Source of the DNA: an uncultured archaeon
GTDB taxonomy: Archaea; Asgardarchaeota; Thorarchaeia; Thorarchaeales; Thorarchaeaceae
NCBI GenBank assembly: GCA_964354495.1
Contig: CAYHAA010000011.1
Location: forward strand, 30,001-62,000
Length of the DNA: 32,000 bases
Direction of reading: 5' to 3'
Each line of letters starts with the position of its first letter. Positions within the stretch are counted from its first letter, which is position 1. The notes under the pieces were generated by a model that saw nothing but the letters and a program-made list of their open reading frames with translations, did no database searches and was not told where the DNA came from. Positions 16,165-25,097 of the stretch are shown here, piece by piece. The position numbers were made by a program, and so were the translations under genes.

Positions 16165-17292
16165 CTATGATTGAGTACTATTGTTTTCCGAAGGGGCTGT
16201 TTCAGCCTTCTTGTTCGGCTCTTCTTCTTTTGGTGCAGGCGTAGAAACAGTAGCCTCTTGGGATCTCTTCTCGGGAGAAGGATGATGATACAGGGTATCT
16301 GAGCGAGGAACTCGAAACTGCGTCACAGCTGTCCATGTTGCTGACCGCTTGGCAATAGCTGATACCTTCTTCAATCGAAATATGAACATGGCTGAAAGAT
16401 CTATCATTACGATGTTCATTGCCAATAACATGAATGAACCTCCACTGATGCTCAGGATGCCTAGGTGCCCTGTCATAACACCGAAGACTAGTGTCATTGC
16501 TGCATTGACAGCAGGAGGCATGATCGAAACTGAAATGGCCGCGCCAACTAGGGCAGACATATTCCCTCGGGTTATTGAGAGCGCAACACCAGCGCCCGAG
16601 AAAATGGCAATCCCTACATCAAGTGAAATGAAACTTCCGCGACGCGTTATCTCTGTTAAAGTACTGCTATCGACATCTCCTATTATGTCTGTAAGCTTGC
16701 TCGGTACTAATAGTGATATTATTAGCGCTGTTATGATGCCTACTGAGATGGCAACCAGAACACCAATCAATTCGTTCTTTGTGCCTCTTAGAAAGAGTGC
16801 TTTGTCTTTGACAACGTACCCTAAGGCCACGCCCATCAATGGTCCCATGAGCGGAGATAGGAGCATCGAAGCAACTATAACAGTGACGTCGTTTTGGACC
16901 AAGCCCAGCCCCGCCATGAGAGAGGCTAGAATGATGAATGCAAAGAAATCGAAGCTCAGCAAGGCTTGCTTCTTCACATTCTCGTATATCTCTTCGACAG
17001 CAAGAGCTGCTTCACGCTGCATCTTCGATTCCGCTTGCGCTTCTTCTTCCGTTTCACTTGGGAGAGATGCCTTCAAGTCAAGGATGTCGACAAATCCGTA
17101 CTCAACTCCAACGCCTTTGCGCTTGAGACCCTCCATAGTCGCGGTCACTGTTTCATCTGAGATTCTGAAGTGAAGGACGATGGCGTTATCAGCATTGAAC
17201 TTCATGACATTCTTGACCTTGAGGCCATCGAGAAGAAAATCATAGACTGCTTCGGTCTTCTCGTAGGGTACCGTTATCTGTACCTGTTTCAC
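16165..17292 (-). CDS. TIGR00341 / DUF389 family membrane protein
   Basis: Soluble N-terminal domain, then LASLMAGLGL-x3-D-x2-VIVASMLLSPLMGP and GAAISVSIMPPAVN. Confidence 0.9.
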   Translation of the reverse strand: MKQVQITVPYEKTEAVYDFLLDGLKVKNVMKFNADNAIVLHFRISDETVTATMEGLKRKGVGVEYGFVDILDLKASLPSETEEEAQAESKMQREAALAVEEIYENVKKQALLSFDFFAFIILASLMAGLGLVQNDVTVIVASMLLSPLMGPLMGVALGYVVKDKALFLRGTKNELIGVLVAISVGIITALIISLLVPSKLTDIIGDVDSSTLTEITRRGSFISLDVGIAIFSGAGVALSITRGNMSALVGAAISVSIMPPAVNAAMTLVFGVMTGHLGILSISGGSFMLLAMNIVMIDLSAMFIFRLKKVSAIAKRSATWTAVTQFRVPRSDTLYHHPSPEKRSQEATVSTPAPKEEEPNKKAETAPSENNSTQS

Positions 17293-17459
17293 AGACTCAC
17301 TGCTCCGTATTCTTGGCGAAGGCCTGTTGGACCGCTATTAAGCATTTCTGGGCATTCTTTAGCATGGACTTGTAATACAGATATTACATTGCTTCTAGGA
17401 CCTGTACGAATCGCCATGCTTTTCTTTGGTCCGCTTCAGTATCGGTAGGGCGGCTGAAC

Positions 17460-18137
17460 ATGGGCGTCTTTGAGATACTGGCTGCTTGGTTTGTATTATC
17501 GCTCACTGGTGCTCTTGCACCTGGGCCACTTACTGCAGCTGTCATTATGCAAAGCAGCAAGCATGGACGACTACACGGTATCTTGCCCATGGTTGGACAT
17601 GCCATTGTTGAAGTTGGCATCATTGCAGCAATAATTCTCAGCGTGCAAGCCTTGACACTTTCGCCAATAGTAATAGATCTTCTTGTTGGATTTGGGGGCG
17701 TGGTCATCGTCTTATTTGGGGTGCTCGCTCTACGCGACTATCGATATAACGACGATGAGCGACCTGATGATGCTACAACATTGACAGCGTCCTCTGTGGT
17801 TGAAGCGACCGCACAAGGAGCAGCTGTGAGTATCCTCAGTCCTTACTTCCTGCTCTGGTGGTTTGGTGTTGGTCTTGCCAATGTGACAGTCTTGGTTGGA
17901 TCCCTGCAGATTGGCGTTGGAACAGTCTTTCTAGCCGGGGTCTTGATCTACATCACGCACGTTTCAACTGATTTCATTTACGGAGCTGTACTGACCTTCG
18001 GAACTGATTTTGCCACAAAGAAGGCGAACGTTGGCGATGTCAATTGGGTGTGTGTCGTGATAGGCATAGTTCAGATTGGCCTGGGGATGTGGTTCATAGT
18101 TCTCGCCGCTCCGGGTTTACTCTCAGCTCTCATATAA
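17460..18137 (+). CDS. LysE-family translocator
   Basis: LSLTGALAPGPL, GHAIVE and SPYFLLWWFGVG motifs; multiple TM segments. Confidence 0.9.
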   Translation: MGVFEILAAWFVLSLTGALAPGPLTAAVIMQSSKHGRLHGILPMVGHAIVEVGIIAAIILSVQALTLSPIVIDLLVGFGGVVIVLFGVLALRDYRYNDDERPDDATTLTASSVVEATAQGAAVSILSPYFLLWWFGVGLANVTVLVGSLQIGVGTVFLAGVLIYITHVSTDFIYGAVLTFGTDFATKKANVGDVNWVCVVIGIVQIGLGMWFIVLAAPGLLSALI

Positions 18138-18194
18138 TCAAACATGATCTTCAGCAAAAGCCTTTGGAGATAATCATTGACACTCTTGGCTGAT

Positions 18195-18947
18195 TCAGGT
18201 TTCTACCTCATTGCCAATGAGTTTCAGAACAACGAAGCCAAGCAGCGACCCTACTAGAGTGGCGATGGTTCTCTCAATCACCATTGCAGGAAAGATTCCA
18301 AAGCCAAAGACGACAGCGGGTATTTCGAGGAGATACACCGAACCCATCGCCATCATGGAATGGTCTATCATTGCACCCATGAACGTCAAGGGGATCAGCT
18401 GGACATAGCTTCGATTCGGATCGAAATCGAATTTCCTGACTTGAAGAATGAATGCCACAATCAATGCCAGCACGTATGGCAGCATGAACCACCAAGCATC
18501 GTAGACACGAATTTCGTAGAAACATATGATGACGATGAGATAGACTGCTGTGAAAATCGGACCTGGAATTCTGAACCCACCAACCTCGGTAGATCTCCTG
18601 AGAGAGAGGCCTGTAAATAAGGCTGCGACAGCTGGACCCATTATCGTGGTGGGGATGATGAGATAGACGCCTCCTCCAATGGGCAAGCTCACCGCAGTGG
18701 CTGCGATTCCCGCAATCAGGCCAAACCCAAAGCCTCTCCAGGGTCCGAGTATGATTCCTATGAGAGGTGCGACGCAGATGGCGAAACTAAGAATGCTGCT
18801 AAAGCCTGCTGCTCCAATAAAGCCACTCATAGGTAGCAATGCAAGGATTGCGTACAATGCTACTAGAACAATCCCAACAGATGTCCTCTTGGTTTCACCT
18901 GGAGCTCCAATTAGCTCCATATCTTGAGCATCCTTTCCTTCTGACAA
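18195..18947 (-). CDS. ECF transporter S-component-like membrane protein
   Basis: APLIGIILGPWRGFGFGLIAG pattern typical of S components; about 7 TM. TTG start. Confidence 0.7.
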   Translation of the reverse strand: MSEGKDAQDMELIGAPGETKRTSVGIVLVALYAILALLPMSGFIGAAGFSSILSFAICVAPLIGIILGPWRGFGFGLIAGIAATAVSLPIGGGVYLIIPTTIMGPAVAALFTGLSLRRSTEVGGFRIPGPIFTAVYLIVIICFYEIRVYDAWWFMLPYVLALIVAFILQVRKFDFDPNRSYVQLIPLTFMGAMIDHSMMAMGSVYLLEIPAVVFGFGIFPAMVIERTIATLVGSLLGFVVLKLIGNEVET

Positions 18948-19011
18948 TCATCATCCCTCTCCGGACCGAGTGTCGGTTTCGGGCACCTTAAGACGCTTGT
19001 GGTGTGCCGGG

Positions 19012-19992
19012 CTAGATGGGGTAGAAGTCAAAGAAGTGCGTCACTTTCCAGTCGTTTCCTACCTGCTTGTCATCCTTCAAGTCCACTAGTTTGCCATCCT
19101 CAAAAGGATAGAACCATAGATCATTGCTGCCATTGACTGTTATGAGATCTGGTCGACCGGGCGTTCTCCAATAGCCAACAAGATATGTCCAGTCCTCCCT
19201 GAAGTCCTTCTCTGTTTCCATCTTTGGCTTTTCAGTGAATTTCAATTCGTTCCTTTTCGGGTCTACCATGCAATAGGGATATAGGTGGAGCCTCTTATCA
19301 CGATAGGCAAGAAGATCCGGTGTCATGTTGCCGAGCCAATCGCCCACAAGTAGATGTGGATAGTCCTTGGGCTTGAAGCCATCCCCGACCTTGATTTTGT
19401 CCTGCCCATAGAAGCTCTTGTTTCTAAACGGAAATACAAAGAGGTCTCCATTCTTCTTTCTAATGAGAAGGTCTGGCGTCGTTCCTCCTGTCCAATACCC
19501 AGGATAAAGGTCAGGTACGTCATCTCTCCCGAAACCATTTCCCACCTTCTCCTTTTGGCCGAGGTCTCTGAAATCCTTGCCATCCCACGGGTACAGTCTT
19601 AGGTCTCCATCCTCATCCCTGACCAAGAGGTCCGATGTTCCATTACCGGTCCACTCCGCAACATAGTAGTCGAGGGTGTCTCGGAATCCTTTGCCGACCT
19701 TATCACCTGTTCCCCTGTGCATGAAGGTCTGGTCTCTGAACGGGAAGTACCTAAGATCACCATCTTCGTCCAAGACCACAAAAGAAGAGCCTCCGCCGAT
19801 TCTTCTGCGAAATGTGGGCACTTGGGTAGGCGTCCAGTATCCAGGCAGATACTTCTTGAACTGCCAGTCACGTCCTACATCAGTTCCCGTCTTCTCACCC
19901 TTTGGAGCGTAGAACTTGTATTTTCCATCGGAGTAAAAAAGTGGAAACCACTTCATATCACCATTGTTCATTCTTACTACTAAACCGGACAT
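19012..19992 (-). CDS. Six-repeat FG-GAP/VCBS-like beta-propeller protein with no signal peptide
   Basis: About 52-aa repeats with consensus G-x-W-x5/6-DLL-x-R-x3-GDL-x2-(Y/F)P(F/W)-x~13-VG-x-(G/D)(F/W). An in-frame TGA 9 codons upstream excludes an N-terminal extension. Confidence 0.85.
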   Translation of the reverse strand: MSGLVVRMNNGDMKWFPLFYSDGKYKFYAPKGEKTGTDVGRDWQFKKYLPGYWTPTQVPTFRRRIGGGSSFVVLDEDGDLRYFPFRDQTFMHRGTGDKVGKGFRDTLDYYVAEWTGNGTSDLLVRDEDGDLRLYPWDGKDFRDLGQKEKVGNGFGRDDVPDLYPGYWTGGTTPDLLIRKKNGDLFVFPFRNKSFYGQDKIKVGDGFKPKDYPHLLVGDWLGNMTPDLLAYRDKRLHLYPYCMVDPKRNELKFTEKPKMETEKDFREDWTYLVGYWRTPGRPDLITVNGSNDLWFYPFEDGKLVDLKDDKQVGNDWKVTHFFDFYPI

Positions 19993-20112
19993 CGTGAATT
20001 CCTCTCGCGCGAGTATGAGTCATTCTCTCATAACTGTTTATCTGATATGAACCAAGGAAAACGTTTTAGAGGGGCCGAGTTGCAACCGCAATGAACCACG
20101 GAGGCTTTTGCT

Positions 20113-21426
20113 GTGAGCGAAGAGACCTTTGATGTCATCATTGTAGGTGCTGGCGTGCTCGGAGTTGCCACGGCATACTACATGCAGAAGAACAGCCCAG
20201 ACAAACATGTCCTTCTTGTCGAGAAGGCACTTGCTCCGGGACAAGGCAATACTGCTATGAGTGCTGCCGCTGTCCGGAATATGTTCGCTTCTTCAACTAA
20301 CCAGATACTCACAGATACGTCGATAAAATACTTTGAACATGTGCAGAATGAGCTTGGCCATGATCTTCTCTTTGAGAAGACTGGCTATCTCTGGCTCTTG
20401 AGCGAGTCTCAGTTCAAACACGAGAGTGTCCAAGTATGGATGGAGCGCATGAAGAAATCCGGTATTCACTACAGGGTCTATACTAAGAAAGAACTGAAGA
20501 AACTCATTCCTGGTCTCAATGTGGACTTCATAGGTGACGAAGAGGCTCAGCTAATGAATCTCCAGCAGGTTGACTATGGTCTCTTTGGCGGGGACTGTGG
20601 TGTCCTAGACCCGACACGGCTCGTAGAGCATTACTTCGAGGAATTCAAAAAGATTACCCATGTGAAGCCTCGTTTCGGCGTATATGTGCAGAAGTTGCTC
20701 CTCGAGGCCAATCCTAAACTGGACCTTCCTGGAGAACCATATGTCTGGCAGGACAAGAAGATTACCGGTATTGTTACAGACAAAGGAACCTACAGAGCCA
20801 AGACAGTTGTGCTCGCTACAGGCGCTTGGGCAAATGAACTGCTTGATCCAGTTGGCATTGACAGCATGACGAAGGCAAAGAAACGTCAGCTCTTCGTCGT
20901 TCATGCAGGAGACAGGCCGAAGCTTAAAGCACTTCTGAATACGAAAGGATTCAATGAGATTGGATGCATTCCATTTACTATTGTGCCCTCTACTGGTCTC
21001 TACTTCAGGCCTCAGTTGCAGGAACATGGCTTCTGGATCGGCTGTGGAGACAAACTCGGTCGCGAATACAAGTACTTCCAGACGGATGAGATGATGGTCC
21101 CTGAGAGCGCATACTATGAAAACAGCGTATACCCAGTTCTCTCGAAATATTTCCCAGCGTTCGAAGGGGCTCGTCCCGCGAACAGCTGGGCCGGCGGATA
21201 CTCCTACTCTCCGGATAAGATTCCGTTCGTCTATACTGAATGCGGTGTGCTTGTTATCAACGGTGCTTCGGGCTCAGGCATCATGAAATCTGACGCTCTT
21301 GCAAGGATTGCTGATGCTCTCTACCGTGGACTGCCTGAAGCAGAGCTCTATGGCGGGAAGAAAGTGCACTCAAATATGCTGAGTGTCAAAGACCGCAATG
21401 TAGAGATTGAGAGCGTTATCATATAG
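20113..21426 (+). CDS. FAD-dependent oxidoreductase, DAO / sarcosine-oxidase-beta family
   Basis: IIVGAGVLG, LATGAWA and GASGSGIMKS motifs. GTG start. Confidence 0.9.
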   Translation: MSEETFDVIIVGAGVLGVATAYYMQKNSPDKHVLLVEKALAPGQGNTAMSAAAVRNMFASSTNQILTDTSIKYFEHVQNELGHDLLFEKTGYLWLLSESQFKHESVQVWMERMKKSGIHYRVYTKKELKKLIPGLNVDFIGDEEAQLMNLQQVDYGLFGGDCGVLDPTRLVEHYFEEFKKITHVKPRFGVYVQKLLLEANPKLDLPGEPYVWQDKKITGIVTDKGTYRAKTVVLATGAWANELLDPVGIDSMTKAKKRQLFVVHAGDRPKLKALLNTKGFNEIGCIPFTIVPSTGLYFRPQLQEHGFWIGCGDKLGREYKYFQTDEMMVPESAYYENSVYPVLSKYFPAFEGARPANSWAGGYSYSPDKIPFVYTECGVLVINGASGSGIMKSDALARIADALYRGLPEAELYGGKKVHSNMLSVKDRNVEIESVII

Positions 21427-21676
21427 ATAGAGTGGATTACACACAACTCATCAGTATCTTGCACATGCACAAGCAATTCCTACTCAAGACCTCGCTCTTC
21501 AGCATCTCAGGGTTTTCACACCATTGCAAAGACCCTATAAGACGAGCAATTTTTCCCCCAAAGGCCTCGTGACTCCTACGGCCCAGCTGTACACCATGTC
21601 TTCTGTATTAAGGACTGTCTTCCAGGAAGGCAACTATCAATGCACCAACCGCATCTGCTATTGCGAGAAGGATCAT

Positions 21677-22633
21677 ATGAACAGCGAGAGTCCAGAGAAA
21701 GGAAGTATCTCCATCATGGCATTGGAGAGTGGGGTAAAATACGAGACCCTTGATGAAGCGCCGGATGTGCTCCTCCTCATAGAGCTTCTTGGCATTCGAC
21801 CCACCGACTTGGCGAAATTGTCCCAGCGCTTTGGCATTGATATTGAAGATCTTCAGGATGTACAGGATCTCGATGAACGTTCTCGTCTTCAGATAGAAGA
21901 CAACTATACAATCATTTTGCTCCGTGTGCCTGTGGACCTGAGAGCAAAGGATCGTCAGTACTCAACAATCCCAACTGCAGTGTTCACGAATGGTCGTGAT
22001 ATCATCATCATTCAAAAAGAAGATATCCCTACGCGAAAGTCCAAAGTACGTCAGAAAGTCCATCTGAGCACCACAGCGGCAGACATAGTCTATAGGTGGT
22101 GGGAAATTATCATCCATGCATTTGAATCAACACTTGACATCATCGAGACAACTATCAACGAAACTGAAGATGTCATCATGCGGGAAATGTATCCCTCACA
22201 ATTGGAGTGGTTCTTCCAGCTGTCTCGAGATGCTATCTTCATTGAAGCTGCTCTAAAATCAAACACGAGAGTCCTTCAGAAGCTTGAACAAACGCATGTC
22301 TTGGGGAAATTGATGCTTGATGTCGATCGACTTGAAGAACTAGAGGTCGACCTTCAACGGCAAACAGAATTGAGCGCTATCTATCGTGAGCTGATAGATA
22401 ATGCAATGAACGCTTATGATAGCATGGCCGGTCATAATCTGAATAGAGCTATCAGGACGCTCACATCTATCTCATTACTGGTGAGCGTGCCGACGCTCAT
22501 CGCGAGTGTCTATGGGATGAATGTAGGGCTTCCATTTCAGGAAAATCCCATGGCATTTGCGGTTGTGATGGGAGTGAGCTTTGCGACCTCTCTGATTCTT
22601 TTGTTCATACTCAGAAGGATGAACCTAGTCTGA
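21677..22633 (+). CDS. corA: CorA-family Mg2+/Co2+ transporter
   Basis: YGMN signature between two C-terminal TM helices. Start moved to ATG 21677, behind GAAGGA; the 51 upstream codons in the track look non-coding. Confidence 0.92.
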   Translation: MNSESPEKGSISIMALESGVKYETLDEAPDVLLLIELLGIRPTDLAKLSQRFGIDIEDLQDVQDLDERSRLQIEDNYTIILLRVPVDLRAKDRQYSTIPTAVFTNGRDIIIIQKEDIPTRKSKVRQKVHLSTTAADIVYRWWEIIIHAFESTLDIIETTINETEDVIMREMYPSQLEWFFQLSRDAIFIEAALKSNTRVLQKLEQTHVLGKLMLDVDRLEELEVDLQRQTELSAIYRELIDNAMNAYDSMAGHNLNRAIRTLTSISLLVSVPTLIASVYGMNVGLPFQENPMAFAVVMGVSFATSLILLFILRRMNLV

Positions 22634-22648
22634 TTTCAGAGTACTCAA

Positions 22649-23272
22649 TCACTTCCTTGCAAGCACCCAGTAGTGCGTTTCGCCACCAGTTGTCACAAGC
22701 CTTTCGAATATGACCTCAAAACCTGCATTTTTCACCAGTTGAAGGCTCTCCTCTGGTTCCGGATGGTCCCAGACCATTGGGACGCCAAAGTAGTCATCGA
22801 TTTCACTGCAATCATCTTTTCCCGTACTGACAAGCATCACTCCCCCTGGTCTAAGCCATTTGAACATCCTTCTATAAAGCAAGGCATGATGGCTTCTATG
22901 AATGTGGATAATTGCGTAGGTAGAGATGATGCCATCAAGAGATTCAGAGTCGAAATCTCTTTTCGTTACGTCTCCAAGAATCAGCTCCGCTTCAGGAACA
23001 TTTCTTCTCGCTACGTCAAGCATGGTTCTCGAGAAATCTATTCCCTTTGCCATGAAGCCTCGGTCAGCGAGCAGGCGAAGAACGGGAATCCCTCCGCCGC
23101 ATCCGACATCCAGAACGACTGCCTCTTCGGGAAGATTTGAGATGAACCTCTCAATCTGAGGTCCGTTCTCGAAAATGCTTCTCTCCTTATAATAGGCTTC
23201 AGCGATTATGTCGTAGCCGTTTCTGACGATTCTTCCGTGCTTCTCTGGATCCAAAATACAATCTCCTTCCAT
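22649..23272 (-). CDS. Class I SAM-dependent methyltransferase
   Basis: VLDVGCGGG, GIDFS and LRPGG motifs. Alternative TTG start at 23254 behind GGAG. Confidence 0.92.
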   Translation of the reverse strand: MEGDCILDPEKHGRIVRNGYDIIAEAYYKERSIFENGPQIERFISNLPEEAVVLDVGCGGGIPVLRLLADRGFMAKGIDFSRTMLDVARRNVPEAELILGDVTKRDFDSESLDGIISTYAIIHIHRSHHALLYRRMFKWLRPGGVMLVSTGKDDCSEIDDYFGVPMVWDHPEPEESLQLVKNAGFEVIFERLVTTGGETHYWVLARK

Positions 23273-23342
23273 CGCATTGGTTTAGCAGACCTATTTGTTT
23301 TGTAAGTCGAACTTATTTACCTGAAGTATCATAGGATTGACT

Positions 23343-24308
23343 ATGAAAATAGGAGTCCTCACAAGTGGCGGCGACGCTCCCGCAATGAATGCTGCTATCC
23401 GAGCAATCACTAGGGTTGGAATTCATCGCGGCTGTGAGATCTATGGTATATTCGGCGGGTATCAAGGAATACTCAGTCCGCAAATCCACGAATTCAACTC
23501 TCTATCCGTTTCTCGAATACTGCATAGAGGTGGCACAATCCTTACGACTGGTAGATCTGAGGAATTCAAGACGGAGGAGGGACTAGAAAAAGCTGCCAAG
23601 ATACTGTCTGAACATGGTCTTGATGCACTGATAGCCATCGGCGGAGACGGTACTATGCGTGGACTCGCTGAACTAGGCAAATATTGGAAGGGAAGATTGA
23701 TTGGTCTACCTGGAACCATTGACAACGATATGTACGGAACAGATTACACGATTGGTTTTGACACGGCGGTTAACAATGCTCTGGACGCCCTAGACAAGAT
23801 TCGAGATACAGCTGAAGCGTTCAGCCGTGTCTTTCTTGTTGAAGTGATGGGACGTCGCGCAGGATTCATTGCTTTTCATGTGGGCGTCGCAACGGGTGCA
23901 TCAGCAATACTCATGCCAGAAACCAAGACAACCATAGAAGAACTTGCTCAGAAAGTCATTAGGGCAAAGGAGAGGGCAAAGTCGAGTGTTCTTGTAGTTG
24001 TTGCGGAAGGCGATGAGCTGGGAAATGCTGACTCCATTGGGAAAGCACTCTCTGAGAAGATTGGAGAGAAGTGCAGAGTATCAGTTCTTGGCTATATTCA
24101 GAGGGGAGGAAATCCTACCCATTTTGATAGAATTCTGGCCACTCGTCTCGGAGCATTTGCTATTGAATGTCTCTTGAGCGGAAAACAAGGGGGCATGGTT
24201 GGCGAGGTGAATGGCAGGCTCAAATTGACACCATTTGAGGATACATGGACGAAGAAGAAACCCCTAGACAAGTGGATGTTGGGACTTCTTGATGAGTTGT
24301 CCGGTTAG
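23343..24308 (+). CDS. pfkA: ATP-dependent 6-phosphofructokinase, bacterial PfkA type
   Basis: IGVLTSGGDAP, GGDGT, PGTIDND, EVMGR and QRGG. Gly at the two positions that distinguish ATP- from PPi-dependent enzymes. Confidence 0.96.
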   Translation: MKIGVLTSGGDAPAMNAAIRAITRVGIHRGCEIYGIFGGYQGILSPQIHEFNSLSVSRILHRGGTILTTGRSEEFKTEEGLEKAAKILSEHGLDALIAIGGDGTMRGLAELGKYWKGRLIGLPGTIDNDMYGTDYTIGFDTAVNNALDALDKIRDTAEAFSRVFLVEVMGRRAGFIAFHVGVATGASAILMPETKTTIEELAQKVIRAKERAKSSVLVVVAEGDELGNADSIGKALSEKIGEKCRVSVLGYIQRGGNPTHFDRILATRLGAFAIECLLSGKQGGMVGEVNGRLKLTPFEDTWTKKKPLDKWMLGLLDELSG

Positions 24309-24407
24309 CAGCAACTTATATATTCCTAACGAGAGGAATCAACCGCCGGCCGACTTTCCAATGTCCCTTTCTCGACAGACTAATACGGCACGAAGTGTAT
24401 TGGATTC

Positions 24408-24890
24408 TTGAGGTCGAGACCTTTGGTCTTCAAGAACATCGCTGATTATCATCTTTGGGCAGGTTGGAAGATGCGAGAACTTCTCAGTGACGTTGATGCA
24501 GAAACCTTTCAGAAAGAAGTAGGCGGTCGAAGCCCCAAGGATCTTGTCCAGCATATTGTACTAGCTCTGGAGACATGCTTCTTCTATATTGATAATGGGA
24601 AGGACGACGCAGTCTTTGAGCGTGCCAAGAGATTGCCTCGACAAGAGCTTCTTCAGCGCTGGGAGGTCTTGGATACAAGACTGAGTCAGGCAATCGAGGA
24701 GATTCCTCAAGGAAAGATTGCTGTGACACACATTACAGATGCGCCGTTCGAAGTAGACCTTGTCGATTTCTTTCTTCAATATTTGATTCATACGACGCAC
24801 CATCGTGGACAACTCGCTATGGTATTGAGCAGCCTGGGCTATGATGTTCCGGGGACAGATTATCTCATGTTCCTCGGCGAAAAAGCTTGA
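24408..24890 (+). CDS. DinB/YfiT-family protein
   Basis: QHIV and HTTHHRGQL His triad. TTG start. Confidence 0.9.
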   Translation: MRSRPLVFKNIADYHLWAGWKMRELLSDVDAETFQKEVGGRSPKDLVQHIVLALETCFFYIDNGKDDAVFERAKRLPRQELLQRWEVLDTRLSQAIEEIPQGKIAVTHITDAPFEVDLVDFFLQYLIHTTHHRGQLAMVLSSLGYDVPGTDYLMFLGEKA

Positions 24891-24996
24891 TTCAAGCTAG
24901 ACATAGAATTCTCGAATTGCCGCGGTTCGTTCCACCTGCCTGATTTGACCATGGACCTAAGGGAATAGGGAGTGATAAGGGAACATCAGCAAGAAA

Positions 24997-25010
24997 GAGG
25001 CCATGGCCTC
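24997..25010. promoter_or_regulatory. Perfect 14-bp palindrome upstream of gdhA
   Basis: GAGGCCATGGCCTC, about 90 nt before the start codon. Confidence 0.4.
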
Positions 25011-25097
25011 CTGAAATGACATACCTCACTGAGCCATTCTACGCATGTAGCGATGTCCTTAAGAGCGCATAAGGTTTGCGGGCAAATGGAGATGAAT

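Noticed and set aside
16349-17173. 274-aa + strand ORF
   Set aside because: It is fully antisense to the well-supported DUF389 gene and has a Thr/Met/Ile/Ser-rich composition typical of shadow frames of membrane-protein genes.
21524-21676. N-terminal 51-aa extension of CorA in the ORF track
   Set aside because: TTG start without an SD and non-protein-like sequence; ATG 21677 has an SD and gives a normal CorA length.
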